From Octopus sinensis (Eukaryota): a DNA stretch of 64,000 bases. Of the stretch, positions 50,191 through 63,478 are shown one piece after another. Within the stretch, counting starts at the first letter, position 1. Every line of letters begins with the position of its first letter. The stretch lies in NCBI RefSeq assembly GCF_006345805.1, contig NC_043013.1, positions 43,090,001 to 43,154,000 of the forward strand, given 5' to 3'. The translations under genes and the position numbers were made by a program. The notes under the pieces are model-generated. The model was not told the DNA's origin and searched no databases. It worked only from the letters and a program-made list of their open reading frames with translations.

Positions 50191-50377
50191 AAAATGCAGG
50201 AGTGGCTGTGTGGTAAGTAGTTTGTTTACCAATCACATGGTTCTGGGTTCAGTCCCACTGTGTGGCACCTTGGGCAAGTGTCTTCTACTATAGCCTTGGG
50301 TCAACCAAAGCCTTGTGAGTGGATTTGGTAAACGGAAACTGAAAGAAGCCCATTGTATATATATATATAATATATAT

Positions 50378-50435
<58 letters not shown>

Positions 50436-51985
50436 GTGTGTGTGTGTGTGTATGTGTTTGTGTCTGTTTGTCCCCCCACCATCGCTTGACAACTGATGCT
50501 GGTGTGTTTACGTCCCCATAACTTAGTGGTTCAGCAAAAGAGACCGATATAATAAGTACTAGGCTTACAAAGAATAAGTCCTGGGGTCGATTTGTTCGGC
50601 TAAAGGTGGCGCTCCAGCATGGCTGCAGTCCAATGACTGAAACAAGCAAAAAGAAAAGAAAAAGAATATATATATGTATAAATATTACAAACTGGGATAA
50701 GAACGCAAAACATTTTGATGACGACACAAAAAACACGGATGGGACATTCGAAGCCTTCAATCTACAGTCAAGAACCGGATCATCCATGCAATTTCGGCTG
50801 ATATACACACACACACATACATATAGCAATAATAACAATAATCTTTGGTTGGAATTTATAAACATTTAATGCATTGCTATTCATGTTTCCACAAATCTCT
50901 TAAGTTCATGTCTCTTAAGATCACGGTCCATATTCCTGGCATGATTACAGTGTAGTCCATAGCATCCTTGGACATCAGGTTGGTCATCTTCATGGACTCA
51001 TTTCTTCAGGTGATACAACATTAATGGATGTTTACTAGAGAAATGTTTATTCCTTTTGGCTGAGTTATGTGGGTATTTTCTGTGTGTATTTGGTGGGGAG
51101 GAAGTGGAGATGACGATAGAAAGAGAGGAAGGAATGGTAGTTATATGGGGAAGGAGATGTGCATGGTGATGTTGGACTTATTTTGCTATTCAGTCTGCAG
51201 ATGTCAAGGCTGGGTCATAATACATCTAAGGCATAACTATCTTCAACGAATTCTGAAGTAAACAGGTCAGACGGGGTACACCCACTACAGTCACCAGCTG
51301 TAGAAGTTCATTGTCTGTGCTTTTTTTGTGATTGTATTTGTCTGCGACCACCACTTGGCAACTGGTGTTGGTTTGCTTACATCCCTATAACATAGCAGTT
51401 CAACAAAAGAGACTGATAGAATAGGTACCAGGCTTTAAAATGATGAGTACTGCGGTTGATTTGTTTGACTAAACCAGACCTGGCCAACTCAAATTACATT
51501 GCAAGCCACTTTAATCACAGAAAGTTTTTTGAGGGCCGCTTGTGTACTTTATGTACTCATAGTCAAATAGTTACTGCTAGATAACCATGTCCAAATATTT
51601 ATTTGGATAATACTATTCCTCAACCCTTGTGCACACCCCAACATTATTGGTGATGAGGAACTCAAACCGCCGAAGACATAACAATGACGATGATGATGAT
51701 GATAATGATAATAGTATAAATTCAGAATTTTTCTAATTTTTTCTCTCTCTCTCTTTTTTTATATCTAGATTAATCCAAGAAGTTGATGAAATTAACACTT
51801 CCATTACAACCCTGAAAAAGAAACTGATGGAAGCTCAGAATTCTCTCAAGAACCTGCAAGACACAAGGATGTGTTTAGAGAAAGAAATTTCAAACAAGAT
51901 AAATTCCATTTTTATCGACAGGCAGAAATGCCTTCCAATGCGAGAACGCTACCCTACAGTGCTGCGTTTACAGGGTTATCAATAA
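35603..51985 (+). CDS. TEKT4: Tektin-4 (tektin A1-type) axonemal protein, 7 coding exons, 467 aa
   Basis: Exons 35603-35874, 38964-39285, 41290-41360, 43148-43291, 47221-47443, 48893-49047, 51769-51985 (1404 nt, all GT-AG, in phase). Motifs: GYRSNKY..EW..NNYAKY, LGERIQDISFWKFEL, MDWSDKKEAL, RPGVELCRD signature, and C-terminus YPTVLRLQGYQ. Confidence 0.92.
35886..36617. repeat. Local inverted duplication (arms 35886-36034 and 36440-36617)
   Basis: 149-bp arm with 3 substitutions and one 29-nt insertion in the right arm. Confidence 0.9.
36637..37053. mobile_element. Merlin-like MITE with 8-bp TSD
   Basis: TIRs GGATCTTTTCGGTTTGAACGGCAGTTTTT / AAAAACTGCCGTTCAAACCGAAAATATCC, with CATCAGTT at 36629-36636 and 37054-37061. 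GG termini plus 8-bp TSD fit Merlin, but hAT is not excluded. Confidence 0.8.
38964..39285 (+). CDS. TEKT4: TEKT4 exon 2
   Basis: aatcag|ACAC...CAG|gtaact. Confidence 0.92.
40233..40785 (-). mobile_element. Two R4/Dong-type (REL endonuclease) LINE C-terminal fragments
   Basis: FIPVIIGALGYV...LQIQSISGT (40233-40448) and GALGFVSKCL...LQVQSVNGTVKICK (40641-40785). Confidence 0.65.
40786..40968. repeat. Mosaic trinucleotide microsatellite (GTA/GTT/GAT/GAC/GGT/GGC/CAT)
   Basis: Directly visible; source of the spurious poly-V/T/D ORFs. Confidence 0.9.
41290..41360 (+). CDS. TEKT4: TEKT4 exon 3
   Basis: ttacag|GAAGTC...CTCGA|gtaagt. Confidence 0.9.
42172..42270 (-). ncRNA. Minimal type I hammerhead ribozyme motif with intact core, in a Penelope-type AT-rich relic (about 41905-42370)
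   Basis: Minus strand TAAC CTGAAGA GTGGCTATATTT-(50 nt)-AAATATAACCAC GAAA CACG TC GTTA: stem I 4 bp, stem II 11 of 12 paired, GUC triplet. Confidence 0.75.
42846..43030. repeat. Compound (TACA)n(CA)n(TACA)n(TGCA)n microsatellite
   Basis: Directly visible. Confidence 0.95.
43148..43291 (+). CDS. TEKT4: TEKT4 exon 4
   Basis: taccag|GAATAAC...GAAAT|gtaagt. Confidence 0.92.
43432..43563 (+). ncRNA. Minimal type I hammerhead motif, stem III damaged
   Basis: TCCT CTGACGA GGCCTTTGGT-(85 nt)-ACCATAGGCT GAAA CAGCTA TA AGGA: stem II 9 of 10 paired; CAGCTA instead of palindromic CAGCTG. Confidence 0.65.
46020..47010 (-). mobile_element. Decayed mariner transposase
   Basis: MEVTKEHIRHILLYEFKKGNNATESARNINAVYG...WFQKF, DIAPSD and LPDRRKSIVEND motifs. 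Confidence 0.85.
47221..47443 (+). CDS. TEKT4: TEKT4 exon 5
   Basis: ttgaag|ACAATC...AAGAAG|gtattt; QSTPESWAQFTHDNI... Confidence 0.92.
48077..48624. mobile_element. Head-to-head dimer of the tRNA-hammerhead SINE-like unit within one 12-bp TSD
   Basis: Minus copy about 48077-48345 and plus copy about 48346-48624. TATAATGATGCA at 48065-48076 and 48625-48636. Confidence 0.85.
48498..48541 (+). ncRNA. Hammerhead motif, second copy of the 34647 family (stem III CG>TG)
   Basis: ACAC CTGATGA A GGCTG-gagggtataa-CAGCT GAAA TG TT GTGT. Confidence 0.6.
48893..49047 (+). CDS. TEKT4: TEKT4 exon 6 (RPGVELCRD)
   Basis: tttccag|GTATGT...ATTGG|gtatgt. Confidence 0.92.
51769..51985 (+). CDS. TEKT4: TEKT4 exon 7 (terminal)
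   Basis: atctag|ATTAATC...CAA TAA. Confidence 0.92.
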
Positions 51986-52083
51986 CTAGTTCAGCACTCT
52001 TGTGTGATTTGTCAATGGGTTGCCCGGTACACACACACACACACACACACATACACACACACACATACACACACATACACACA

Positions 52084-52139
<56 letters not shown>

Positions 52140-52522
52140 TATATCAACACATATTTCTATATGCTTCATAATACTCAGAATTCAACATGTAAACACACAC
52201 AATTTCACATCTTTTCTCTCTCTCTCTCTTTACACACACACACACACACATATACTATAAAAAACAAGCAAAGAAGGGGTTTTTATGAGGATACAACACA
52301 ACCGATATTAATTGCTATACATTATCAAAAATAGACGTAACATATAAACAATGGAACGCTTATTTTGAATATGAATATTGCAATCGCTTGGTGGTACTGT
52401 GGCTGCCATGCTTGTCAAATCACCAAATGAATTAGTTGTCATCTAACCAAGGGTTAATTTTCACTTTACTTTTATTTTAGGAAATTTTGATATCAAAGCA
52501 GCAACCCTATTACAGTTAATTA

Positions 52523-52528
52523 AATAAA
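52523..52528 (+). terminator. Candidate TEKT4 polyadenylation signal
   Basis: AATAAA about 540 nt after the stop; another near 52625. Confidence 0.3.
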
Positions 52529-53979
52529 TTAACTAACTTCAAAATTTTCGATTAAAATATTTCTATAAATTATATGTATAAATACTTTTATTGTCATATA
52601 ATTATATATAACAGAAATTATTATAATAAAAATCATGTTCTGTTGCTGCTACTAAAAAGAAAAATATTATGCCTGCTTGAATTATGTATGTTGGATGATT
52701 ATTATTATTATTATCATTATTATTATTATTATTATTATTTTTATGTTTGACTTTTGCTTTACATTTGTACAAGTTGGCTCCAAGTCTCACCCAGAGACCT
52801 CAAGAGGCAACAAGTTGGAAGTTCATGTTGGTGTTATGCCTAGGGTGCCATATATTTGGTTTTGTACATAGTGTTGTTCTAGAGAATGTCTAATAAACCA
52901 TAAGAAAATTGTGTTTGTTTTAAAATTTGAGATTACATAGACAGTATTTTACGTAGAATATGGGCAGTTCCCATGAGCACTATCTTTTGAATTTCTGCCA
53001 TTTTGGGGTTTCCTAGTATCTGAGCTAGGTAGCAATCAGCCCCTTTTGCTATCATTCCTAGGGCACCTACGACAATAAGTATTGTTTTAGTCTTCAGGTT
53101 CCACATTTTGCTAATTTCTATTTCCAGATCTTTTGCTCAGTTTTATTATTATTATTATTAATTATTATTATTATTATTGTGTAAGGTGGCAAGATGGCAG
53201 AACCATTAGCATGCTGGATGAAATGGTTAGCGGTATTTCGCCCATCGCTACATTCTGAGTTAAAATTTCTCCATGATCAACTTTAGCTTTCATCCTTTCA
53301 GGGTCAATAAATTAAGTACCAGTGGAGCCCTGGGGTTGATATAATCAACTAGTACCCTCCCCTGAATTTCAGAGGATTATTACTATTAATCTGTGTGTGT
53401 GTGTGTGTAAGGTGACGAGCTGGCAGAATCGTTAGCATGCCAGACAAAATGCTTAGCAGCATTTTGAAACCATATAACCACACACACACATGTTTGACCT
53501 GGATATGAAAGTTATGAAGTTCTTTCAAAATTGATTAGGAACAATACAAGATACCCTATGCTTATCCAAATTGGAACTGCAATACATGCAATGATAAAGA
53601 AATGATATTAAGAATTGCGATGAGCCCCAGCTTAGAAATGTATCTGATAAAGCCTTGGGAATTCTGAACACTTAAGTAAGCATCTAAGGATGCACAATGC
53701 TTTTGATGTTACAAGCAAGGACCTAATGAAATTACAGGATATTTTAAACTCTTGAATGTGCCACATAAAATTAGTCATGATTAAAGCAGGATTCATGAAG
53801 CCCAACAATTGGTAAATGTTTGTTGTTGGTATTTATTAAGTGACACAATAAAGCTGAAATGTACTGACAACCAAAGTCTTCTAAATCAAAAGAGCACATC
53901 TGTTGGTAGGAATGGGATGCTGAATAATACAATGTGAACATGTGTGTGTGTGTGTGTGTGTGTACATGCATGTCTGTGT

Positions 53980-54711
53980 GTCATGTACTGCGGATGGATG
54001 AGGAGAGATGTGTGAAGAAGTGCCGCTCCCAAATAGTTGAAGGAATCAGGGGAAGAGGTAGACCCAGGAAGACATGGGACGAGGTAGTCAAGCATGACCT
54101 CAGAGCGTTGGGCCTCACTGAGGCAATGGCGAAGGACCGAGATCTCTGGAGATATGCTGCGACTGCAAAGACCCGGGATGCTTCCGGCACCAGTTCCGCA
54201 TAGCCCCTGCCCATTCAAAGTACCTTGGATCCCAGAACATCTCGCTGTGCTTGAGTAGACCTGTTGAGTCAAGTGCATGTACATGAACATTGAAACAAAT
54301 ATCAATGGAAATAGTAGTTGTGATACCTGTGCCGGTGGCACATAAAAAGCACCATCCAAACGTGGCCGTTGCCAGTGCCGCCTCGACTGGCTTCTGTGCT
54401 GGTGGCACATAAAAAGCACCATCCGAACGTGGCCGATGCCAGCGCCGCCTTAGCTGGCTTCCGTGCCGGTGGCACGTTAAAAGCACCACCCAATCGTGGC
54501 CGATGCCAGACCCCTCTGGCACCTGTATAGGTGGCACGTAAAAAGCACCCACTACACTCGCGAAGTGGTTGGCGTTAGGAAGGGCATCCAGCTGTAGAAA
54601 CACTGCCAGATCAGACTGGAGCCTGGTGCAGCCCCTGGCTTCCCAGACCCCGGTCGAACCGTCCAACCCGTGCTAGCGCGGAAAACGGACGTTAAACGAT
54701 GATGATGATGA
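53980..54711 (+). mobile_element. 5'-truncated RTE LINE: ORF2 C-terminus, 3'UTR with internal ~47-nt repeats, (GAT)n tail
   Basis: HVLRMDEERCVKKC...GRGRPRKTWDEVVKHDLRALGLTEAMAKDRDLWR is contiguous with the abundant 3'UTR repeat. Confidence 0.88.
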
Positions 54712-56377
54712 TCTTCTCCTCTGGTGTAACATGTGGCAGAAGCTTCTTAATTATTGCTTCTATTACACTTCTGACATTGTACAGCTGTGACAGATCTAAA
54801 TTACACAGCAGCAACTTCCAAGAATTGTTTAAAATCCTGCAAGATAGTGAATTACTTCTTCCTGATCCACAATTGATATTAATCTTCCTGATTAATATCA
54901 ATTTAAACCAGTGGCTTAGCATATAGAAAAAATCTGATATAAGAGGGATGACCACTAGGTGGACATCCAATATGCTAAATGTAGACCCCATATGGTCTGA
55001 CCACCAAGAAAAGATTGTTCTCAAGAAAATTCAGCAAACGCCAGACCCTAACCCTGACCCCAACCTTGTACCTATTGGTTTGCAGGTAAACTGTTTCCTG
55101 GAGGTGCCTGCAACAGCTGCTAGTTGTTGCTGTTGACTGTAATATTTTAGTGCTTTGGGCACAAGTATATCTTTTTCACACAGCTACTTGTGTGTTAAAT
55201 ATTGATATTGTAGGTTACGGAAACACATTTGATATCAATTTCTCTACTGTCTTAATCACAATGCTTCTTGGAGCTGGATCGATAGTACCATTATTGTTGG
55301 AAGGAAATCTTTCCTTTCCAGTTTGTAACAAAGTTTTGGTATACTGACCATACAACTAATCCCCCAAACAATGGACTTTCATAGAGTTGTAGGCAGATTA
55401 GTTATTTTTAACTAGAGTCCACAATGATGACAATTTAAGGCAGGTATGAATTTCGTTGACTTTTGTTCTGTTTGGGATCATTTGTAGGGTTTTTTTCTTC
55501 TTCTTCTTCTTCTTCTTCTTCATCATCGTTTAACGTCCGTTTTCCATGCTAGCATGGGTTGGACGGTTCGACCAGGTTCTGGGAAGCCAGGAGACTGCAC
55601 CAAGCTCCACTCTGATCTGGCAGTGTTTCTACAGCTGGATGCCCTTCCTAATGCCAACCACTCCATGAGTGTAGTGGGTGCTTTTTACATGCCACCAGCA
55701 CAGGGGCCAGAGGAAGCTGGCAACGGCCATGATCAGTTGGTGCCACCAGCACAGGTATCACAACTACAATTTCCATTTGATTTTTAGTTTGATGTTGATG
55801 TACTTGACTCAATAGGTCTCCTCAAGCACAGCAGGTCGCCCTACAATCCAAGGTAAGCACAGCAGGCCGTCCTACGATCCAAGGTACTTTGGATGGGCTG
55901 GGGCTGCTATGTGAAGCTGGTGCAGAAAACAGCTATGATGTTTGTCAAAATGAATTCCTGGCACTGAAGAATGATTCAGGAGTAAAAAATGTTTGATGAG
56001 AAATCAATCACCTGAAATAGGCTTTTGTAACTTTAGTGTATTAAGTTATTACTTATGAATATAAAATAACCTCTTTATTCAAATTTTAGTATCCATAAAC
56101 TTTTTCTGTAGCTATTAAACTTGTAAAAGACCATTACAAGTAAAATGTTCCTTTTATTTATTATCTTTTACTTTGGTAAATATATCTGTTAAAATGAGAT
56201 GTCAGTGATATTTTCATTTTTACGTAATTTAGATGACAGTTTATTCACTGCATCCAGCATATTTCCTAATCAATGTAGACAAATTGTTACAATGTCCAAT
56301 ACTTCAGTAGTCTTCCTGAGAAAACCTCTCACACAGATGCAAAGTGCTAAAAGTACACACACACACACACACACATA

Positions 56378-57140
56378 TGACTTTTGCAAGGTGTTTGACT
56401 TGGTGGACAGGGATGTGCTTTATACGATGCTGGATCTACAAAGTATACCTCCTGAACTAATTGGGCTGATGATGGCTTTGTATACCAGAACAATCAGTGC
56501 AGTTTTGATTGGGAGCTCAACATCTGACTTTTCCCTAATTAGATCTGGGATTCATCTGAGTTGTGTTTTGGCTCCCACTCTGTTCAATGCCTGCATTGAT
56601 TGGATACTCAGCTGAATGGTGGCTTGATTGAGATATAGTGCACTCATTGGCAAAACTAAGATTATAGACTCAGATTTTGCTGATGATGCAGTTATTCTTG
56701 CTGAATCACTGGATATCTTAAGGAGCATTCCCCTTTCACTGACAGAGGAAACAGAACCACTTGGCCCTAGAGTCTCTTGGGTCAAGACAAAGATATAGTC
56801 TGCCAGCTTCCTGGAGGGCTCCATCTCATTTGTCTCTGTTGCAGGTGAGACTGTCAAAGTTGTTAACCACTTCACTTATCTCAGCAGTGAGATTCATAAC
56901 AGTGTTAGCTCCAAGTCTGAAGCCCTGAAAAGACTTGAGTGAGCTGGTGGATTCACAGACTTATTGGACAAGGGTGTTTGGCACTGCCGATATCTGTGCA
57001 GGAGGACAAAAGTTCAGGTCTTTAAGTCACTAGTCCTCCTTACCCTGCTCTATAGTTGCAAGATTTGGACACTGTCTGGGGCCCTTAGGTGCTGCCAGAA
57101 GTTCTTTGGTACCAGGATGCTTTGCAGGATTATGGGTTAC
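56378..57140 (+). mobile_element. Decayed RTE-type reverse transcriptase fragment
   Basis: DFCKVFDLVDR...SGIHLSCVLAPTLFNACIDWIL...DFADDAVILAES, with stops and frameshifts. Confidence 0.85.
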
Positions 57141-57495
57141 CATGTTCTCTTCATTGTGCATCTGGCTGGGTTGACAGCTCACAATGGTAAACCAATTATT
57201 TAAAAAAAAGAAAGAAAGAAAAGGATCTAGAAAAAGAGAGAAAAGGGTGCATGGGTTATAATAGATTGAGAACTTCAGAGCTAAAGCAAGCGCATGAATC
57301 TTTATCCTAAAGCTGGCGCTCCAGCATGGGCACAGTCAACTGACAAACAAGTGAAAGAGTAAAGAATATGTAACAGGTGAAGTGAGATAAGATAATAATT
57401 TCTAGATGTTTCTCTATTCTATTGTCTTTCATATTCATCTTGAAAAACCTTGACCTCAGCTCTTTCCCTATTTTTTCAGATGGGCAAGCCATGTA

Positions 57496-57649
57496 CTGTA
57501 TTTTAACATATGTAAAGAACCCTTTTTTGTCAAATATTAGGTTAAAAAAATATGGGAGTTTCTTATAGTATTGTAATCCCTTACAAAACCTTTTTTCCAA
57601 ATTTTAAGTCCCCAAAATTAGGGGGTTCTTTATACATGTTAAAATATGG
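57496..57649. mobile_element. pogo/Tigger-like MITE
   Basis: ~26-bp imperfect TIRs (ctgtattttaacatatgtaaagaacc / ggttctttatacatgttaaaatatgg) flanked by TA. Confidence 0.65.
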
Positions 57650-59224
57650 TATTCACCTCTTTAGGGTAATCTGAAAGGGAAATCTACGGCACTCTGTTAA
57701 CAGGCGTGATTAATGCCTTAAGTTTAATATTACTACAGTTGGTTCTCCTGGGATGAGTTGAGCCTTGCTTTCCGTAGATGTTCACAGAAAGCACCACCAC
57801 CTGGGGTTTAAAGAGCAATGGAGTGGAATTCATGCACTGTGGCTGATCTCTCTCCTCCACACGAACACACATATATAAATACACACACATATTAATATTT
57901 GTTTTTATGTTCAGTTATAATAAAAACAATTTTACATTAATCTGATTGGGTTAATTTATACTTTTATAGAGTACAAATGCTTTATCCTTAAACAGAAATG
58001 TTGTTGCAGTCAGTGACTTTGAAATTTCAGCCAGCTATGATGGCTGAAACTTCGAAGTCACTGTCAACATCATTCTCATTTGAGAATAGTTTGGATCATA
58101 TGGTGACCTGCTGTGCTTGAGAAGACTTATTGAGTCAAGTACATCAACACCAAAATAAAAATCAAATGGAAATTGTAGTTGTGATACCCGTGCCAGTGGC
58201 ATGTAAAAAGCACCAACCGATCATGGCTGTTGCCAGCTACCCCTGGCCTCTGTGCCGGTGGCACAAAAAAAACACCCACTAAACTGAGAGTGGTTGGTGT
58301 TAGGAAGGGCATCCAGCTGTAGAAACACTGCCAGATCAGGCTGGAGCCTGGTGCAGCCTCCTGGCTTTCCAGACCCCGGTCAAACCATCCAACTCATGCT
58401 AGCATGGAAAACGGATGTTAAATGATGATGATGATATATATATATATATACTATTCTCAAACAGGAATGATGTTTATATAATCCAATTTCTCTCACCATC
58501 ACTTACTATAGTCACTTCTTTCTCCATCTCTAAGCATCTCCCCTCATACTCTTATGAAACATCCCCCTCTATACCACCTATACTCCCTCCCCCCCTACCT
58601 TGTGGGTAGGTTCAGATGCATTTCAAGCACTATTTCTCTTTCCTTCTTTTCTTACTGGGGTAACCAAATATCTTCCCTATAGTAAGACCCCTATCTCTAT
58701 CCTTCTTAACCTCTCAACCAGCACAAAGCCACCTCCTTCAGAACCATTCCATCTCAGCTGAGGAGATCTTTGTCTTGCAAGTTACTTGGCAACCTGCTGG
58801 TGTTGGTGCCACATAAAAAGCACCCAGTACACTCTAAAGTGGTTGGCATTAAGAAGAGCATCCAGCTGTAGAAACCATGTCAAAGCCAACAGCAGAACCC
58901 AGTGCAGTTCTCTGGCCTTGCCAGCTCCTGTCAAACCATCCAACCCATGCCAGCATGGAACTCCCAGCTCCTATCAAGTGGTCATTCTTCTGGAACATTG
59001 TCCTCATCACATTTAAGCATTACTCAGTTACTCCAGTTCTCTATGATACTCTTAGAAACATCATCTCTTTTACTGGTGTTAGTAAACAATAAAGCTGTAA
59101 CTACCATAATCAAGGCAGAATATACCATGATAGCTTTCAAACAATGAACCAGCATGGAAGCCTTTCTGTGGTTACTTGAGCTGCTAAAAATTGTTGTGAA
59201 GTCTTCTTGAAATTACTTGCCTTT

Positions 59225-60449
59225 TGTTCTTGTAGGAATGAAATGTCTGATTTTATTATGCACCAAGTTTGACAGTCGTCAACTCTAATGTTTTATCCTG
59301 ACAATTCTTTGTTTTACAACATTGAAGGGTTACATCATCCCTTTTTGAAATGCAATTCATGGTGTGAGTTTTCTCTTGTAAATCAATTATTGTGAACCCA
59401 TGGATAGATCAAAAATTTGTGTTGTTTATGAATATGAATTCCATCGTGGAATCAATTCATCCTAAACAGCTTGAAACATCAATGAGGTTTTTGATGAAGA
59501 TATGGCGAATGAATACACTGTACGATCATGGTTTAAGAAGTTCTGGTCTGGTGACTTTTCTCTTGAAAATCAGCCCCATGGCAGACCTGAGATCAGGATG
59601 GATAATGATGAGCTGGAAACTATGCTTGAGTTGGCAGCAAGGTTTGATGTTTCGATTCCAACTGCATTGGACCATTTGAAACAAATCAGCAAGGTAAAGA
59701 AGCTGGACAAGTGGTTACTGCACAAACTGAACGAGTATCAAATGATACGTCGTCTTGAAACTTGCTGTTCTTTGCTGTCACAGCGTAAAACCAAACCATT
59801 TTTGCATTGTATTGTTATGTGTGATGAAAAATGGATTCTTTTCAACAATAGCAAGCGTTCTTCATGGTGGTTGGATAGGGACACTGCTAAAATGCAATCC
59901 AAAAAAGAATATTCACCAAAAAAAAGCTAATGGTGTCTGTTTGCTGGTGTCATCCATTACTTTTTCATGAGACTTGGTAAATCACTTACAGCAGATGTAT
60001 ACATCAACCAACTGGATGAAATGATGAGTGAACTTGCAATTAAATAACCGAGATTGGTCAATAGAGACATGCCAATTCTCTTGCAAGACACTGCTCGACC
60101 AGATGTTGCACAAAGAACTTTGCTCAAGTTACAGGAACTGAACTTGGAAGTACTCTGTCATCCACCATACCTTACACCAACTGACTATCACGTTTTCCAA
60201 GCATTAGACAACTTTTAGCAAGTAAAAAACTTCAAATTTGAAGAAGATGCAAAAACAGCCTCTTGTGATTTCATCACCTCTTGCTCTCCAGAATTGTTTA
60301 TTGCCAGCATAAGTAAGCTACTGATAAAATGGCAAAATTGTATTGATAACTCAGATGCATACTTTGATTAACTGCATTGCTTTTTGTTGAGATAAAGTAA
60401 AATAAACTTTCAGTTCAAAATTTGACATTTCATTCTCGATGACCTGATA
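59225..60449 (+). mobile_element. Near full-length decayed mariner element
   Basis: WFKKFWSGDFSLENQPHGRP...KKLDKWLLHKL...IVMCDEKWILFNN. Right TIR ...gacatttcattctcgatgacctgata and left TIR remnant ggaatgaaatgtc. Confidence 0.88.
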
Positions 60450-61213
60450 TTTTTGATAATGTAGTTTTGGTACAGTATGTCTAGAAAAACGAAAGCTGGG
60501 ATAGTTATTACTGGATCACCCAGGTCTGTTCAGTAAGAGCTGACTTCAAGCTTAATATCTACCTTCAAACGTATGAGGTACTACATTAGTATATTGTCTT
60601 GTGCCAGTGGCACGTAAGAGAACCATCCGAACGTGGCTGTAGCCAGCACCGCCCTGACTGGCCCCCGTGCCGGTGGCACGTAAAAAGCACCATCCGATCG
60701 TGGCTGTTTGCCAGCCTCGTCTGGCACCTGTGTCGGTGGCATGTAAAAAGCACCTACTGCACTCATGGAGTGGTTGGCGTTAGGAAGGGCATCCAGCTGT
60801 AGAAACACTGCCAGATCAGACTGGGCCTGGTGCAGCCTTCTGGCTTCCCAGACCCCAGTTGAACCGTCCAACCTATGCTAGCATGGAAAGCGGGCGTTAA
60901 AAGATGATGATGATATAGTGAGGTAAGGTAAAGGATAACAAGCATCATGAAAAGGTTCACATCTTTATTGAACTAACAACTTGCAGAAATAATTTGCATT
61001 GATTAATCTTTAACAACAGCAGTATCAATCTCGATAATACTTCATCTAGTTTTATCATCATAAGTAGAAACTCTGCCAGATCAAGACTGGAGTGTGGTGC
61101 AGCCATCTGGTTGCCAGCTCTCAGTCAAAATCGTCCAACCCATGCTAGCATGGAAAACGGATGCTAAACAGTGAAGCCAGTGAAAGATTCTGTTTTCATC
61201 CCCATTTTCATTA

Positions 61214-61248
<35 letters not shown>

Positions 61249-61249
61249 G

Positions 61250-61461
61250 CAGGGTGGCCCCAAAGTAGGTTTACAGTTATCATGTAGGCACTTTAAATTT
61301 CTTTTAAAACATTTTATTACATTTAAATTTCTATCTTACAATCAACTAAATTAGCATAGAATAATGATTTCATATTTTTTTATAATTAAGATCTAAACTG
61401 TTAATTTATGAATGCGAAAGGGATAGTCAAATAACTGTAAACCTACTTTTGGGCTACCTTG
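61250..61461. mobile_element. Tc1/mariner-type MITE
   Basis: TIRs cagggtggccccaaagtaggtttacagtt / aactgtaaacctacttttgggctaccttg in a (TA)n context. Confidence 0.75.
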
Positions 61462-61759
61462 TATATATGTATATATACACACATATATATACTTATATAT
61501 AACTGGGGAAGGCTGGTTTATGGGATTATCCTGGTTTCCCTTTATGGATGGGAAACTCAAGGTAATGCCATACACTGGCCTTCCCGAGTAAAATATAAAC
61601 TGCTCTACATCTAAGAGCATGCTTCTTCTTCATATTTATGTTTTCTACAAACGATTATATATATATATCGTGTGTAGAAAGCATAAATCCGGAGAAGCAC
61701 TCTCTCTCTCCATATATATGTGTATGCATATATATATATTTATATATGAAAATTTATGC

Positions 61760-61832
<73 letters not shown>

Positions 61833-63382
61833 TATATATACAAGATAAGAAAATGGAGAAATACATCAAAATCAAATATCGATTACCAGATAATACTCAA
61901 TCACATACTTTATTAAACCACCACATAAGAGACTGTAGGGTTAATCAATTATAACTCGGTCTGAGATTTATTATTGAAAATATATGTAGAAATAGATATT
62001 AAAACATACGTATGTAAGTTTGTATGTATATATACATACATAGATACATACATATATATATATATATGTATATATACATACATACATACACATATATATC
62101 GAATATAGTACGGTATGTGCAGAAAATGCATGTTGCGTCTATTATTTGGTTTCACCATTCTGTTATCTTATTTGAAACTTAGTATGACACCTTACACGTT
62201 CTTCAGGCCTTTCTCCGCCCTAATGCAATATTACTATTATTGTTAATAATAATAATCGATAAAGGTATTATTATACACCTGACAGTTTTCCCTTAACTAC
62301 GTCCCAGATTTAACTAAAGTTAACCTTGAAAAAAAAAAAAAAAAAAAAAGGAAAATGTAGTCAAGGGCAGATAATCTAGTTTGAATAGAGGTTCATTTTG
62401 AAAAATCCATTAAATATATCTTTCCTTTTTTAAATTCAGTTTCAGACGTCATATTTAAATTACATCTAAAAGAGAAGGTAAAATAAACAGTTAAAAATAA
62501 AGAAAGTGACATAAACAAAAACTAATCTCGAAAAGTGATAGTGTATTTTCGGGTTCCCATTCCTCAAGTATTGGCGCGTCTTCCAAATTCTCCAGTCTTT
62601 AACTGTTTACTGGAATTACTGCTATTGTAGTTATCGACTGTCTTATACTTTATTTATCTCTCTACTGCTTATTCAATCAAATTTTGTAAAGGTTTCTACA
62701 TTTTTCTAGTTTACATTTAATACAATTTAAAAATGAATCTAATCATTTAATGTTTATAGATATAAGAATTCTTTTCTATATTTTGGGCATTTTCCCCAGG
62801 TTATATATAAATATATATAATATATATATATACACACATTATTTTCATGTGTGTACATACCCGATTCATACACATCACTCCACAAGTTTTCAAGCGACAC
62901 AGATAACAATAAAAAATGTCGAAATATAAAATTTGATTACGTCAATGTTTTTCATTGAAAAAACATTTATTTTATTTTATTTATTTCTACATTTATTAAC
63001 AATATTTTAAAACATTAATTTGCAATTATTCTTTTGAGAAAATTATTTCATGTATGTATTTGGCTGCGGGATTTCTCTTCTCTTCTGTTCGGCTTAGTTT
63101 TGTTGTTGTTTTAAGTAATATTTATATCTGTGTGAAGATATAAATATATATATATATATATATTTGTATATATAAGTATATATATATAATTTATTCTTCT
63201 TAATTTATTTATAGTTTCCATTTTTTTGTTTTTCACTGAATCTCTCTCTGCATAAATCATTAGCTTAGTATTTTTGTTTCTTTTCAATTTCTCAAATTTT
63301 TTCCCCCCCACCTTACTTACACCATTTCTATCCCCCGACTCTCTGTATTTCTCCGAATTTCAACATTGTCCAGTTTCTTCAC

Positions 63383-63478
63383 ATGGATTTAGCTGACCGA
63401 GATGTTGAAGGGAAACGTTTAAGATGTGAAAACGCATCAGAAGAATCGAGTAGAAAGAACAACGGAGTTTGCGAGAAG
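63383..63478 (+). CDS. Possible first coding exon of a further gene running out of the window
   Basis: cacATGG start, MDLADRDVEGKRLRCENASEESSRKNNGVCEK, consensus donor AAG|GTAAGT, possible acceptor tgtccag| at 63373, CpG-rich surroundings. No homology recognised. Confidence 0.4.

Noticed and set aside
54692-55350. Protein-like minus-strand ORF pieces (also 15910-16518)
   Set aside because: Probably old retroelement debris, but no motif is strong enough to name.
62115-62200. Minus-strand CTGAAGA near a Penelope-like AT-rich relic
   Set aside because: No compatible GAAA-stem III-UH arrangement.
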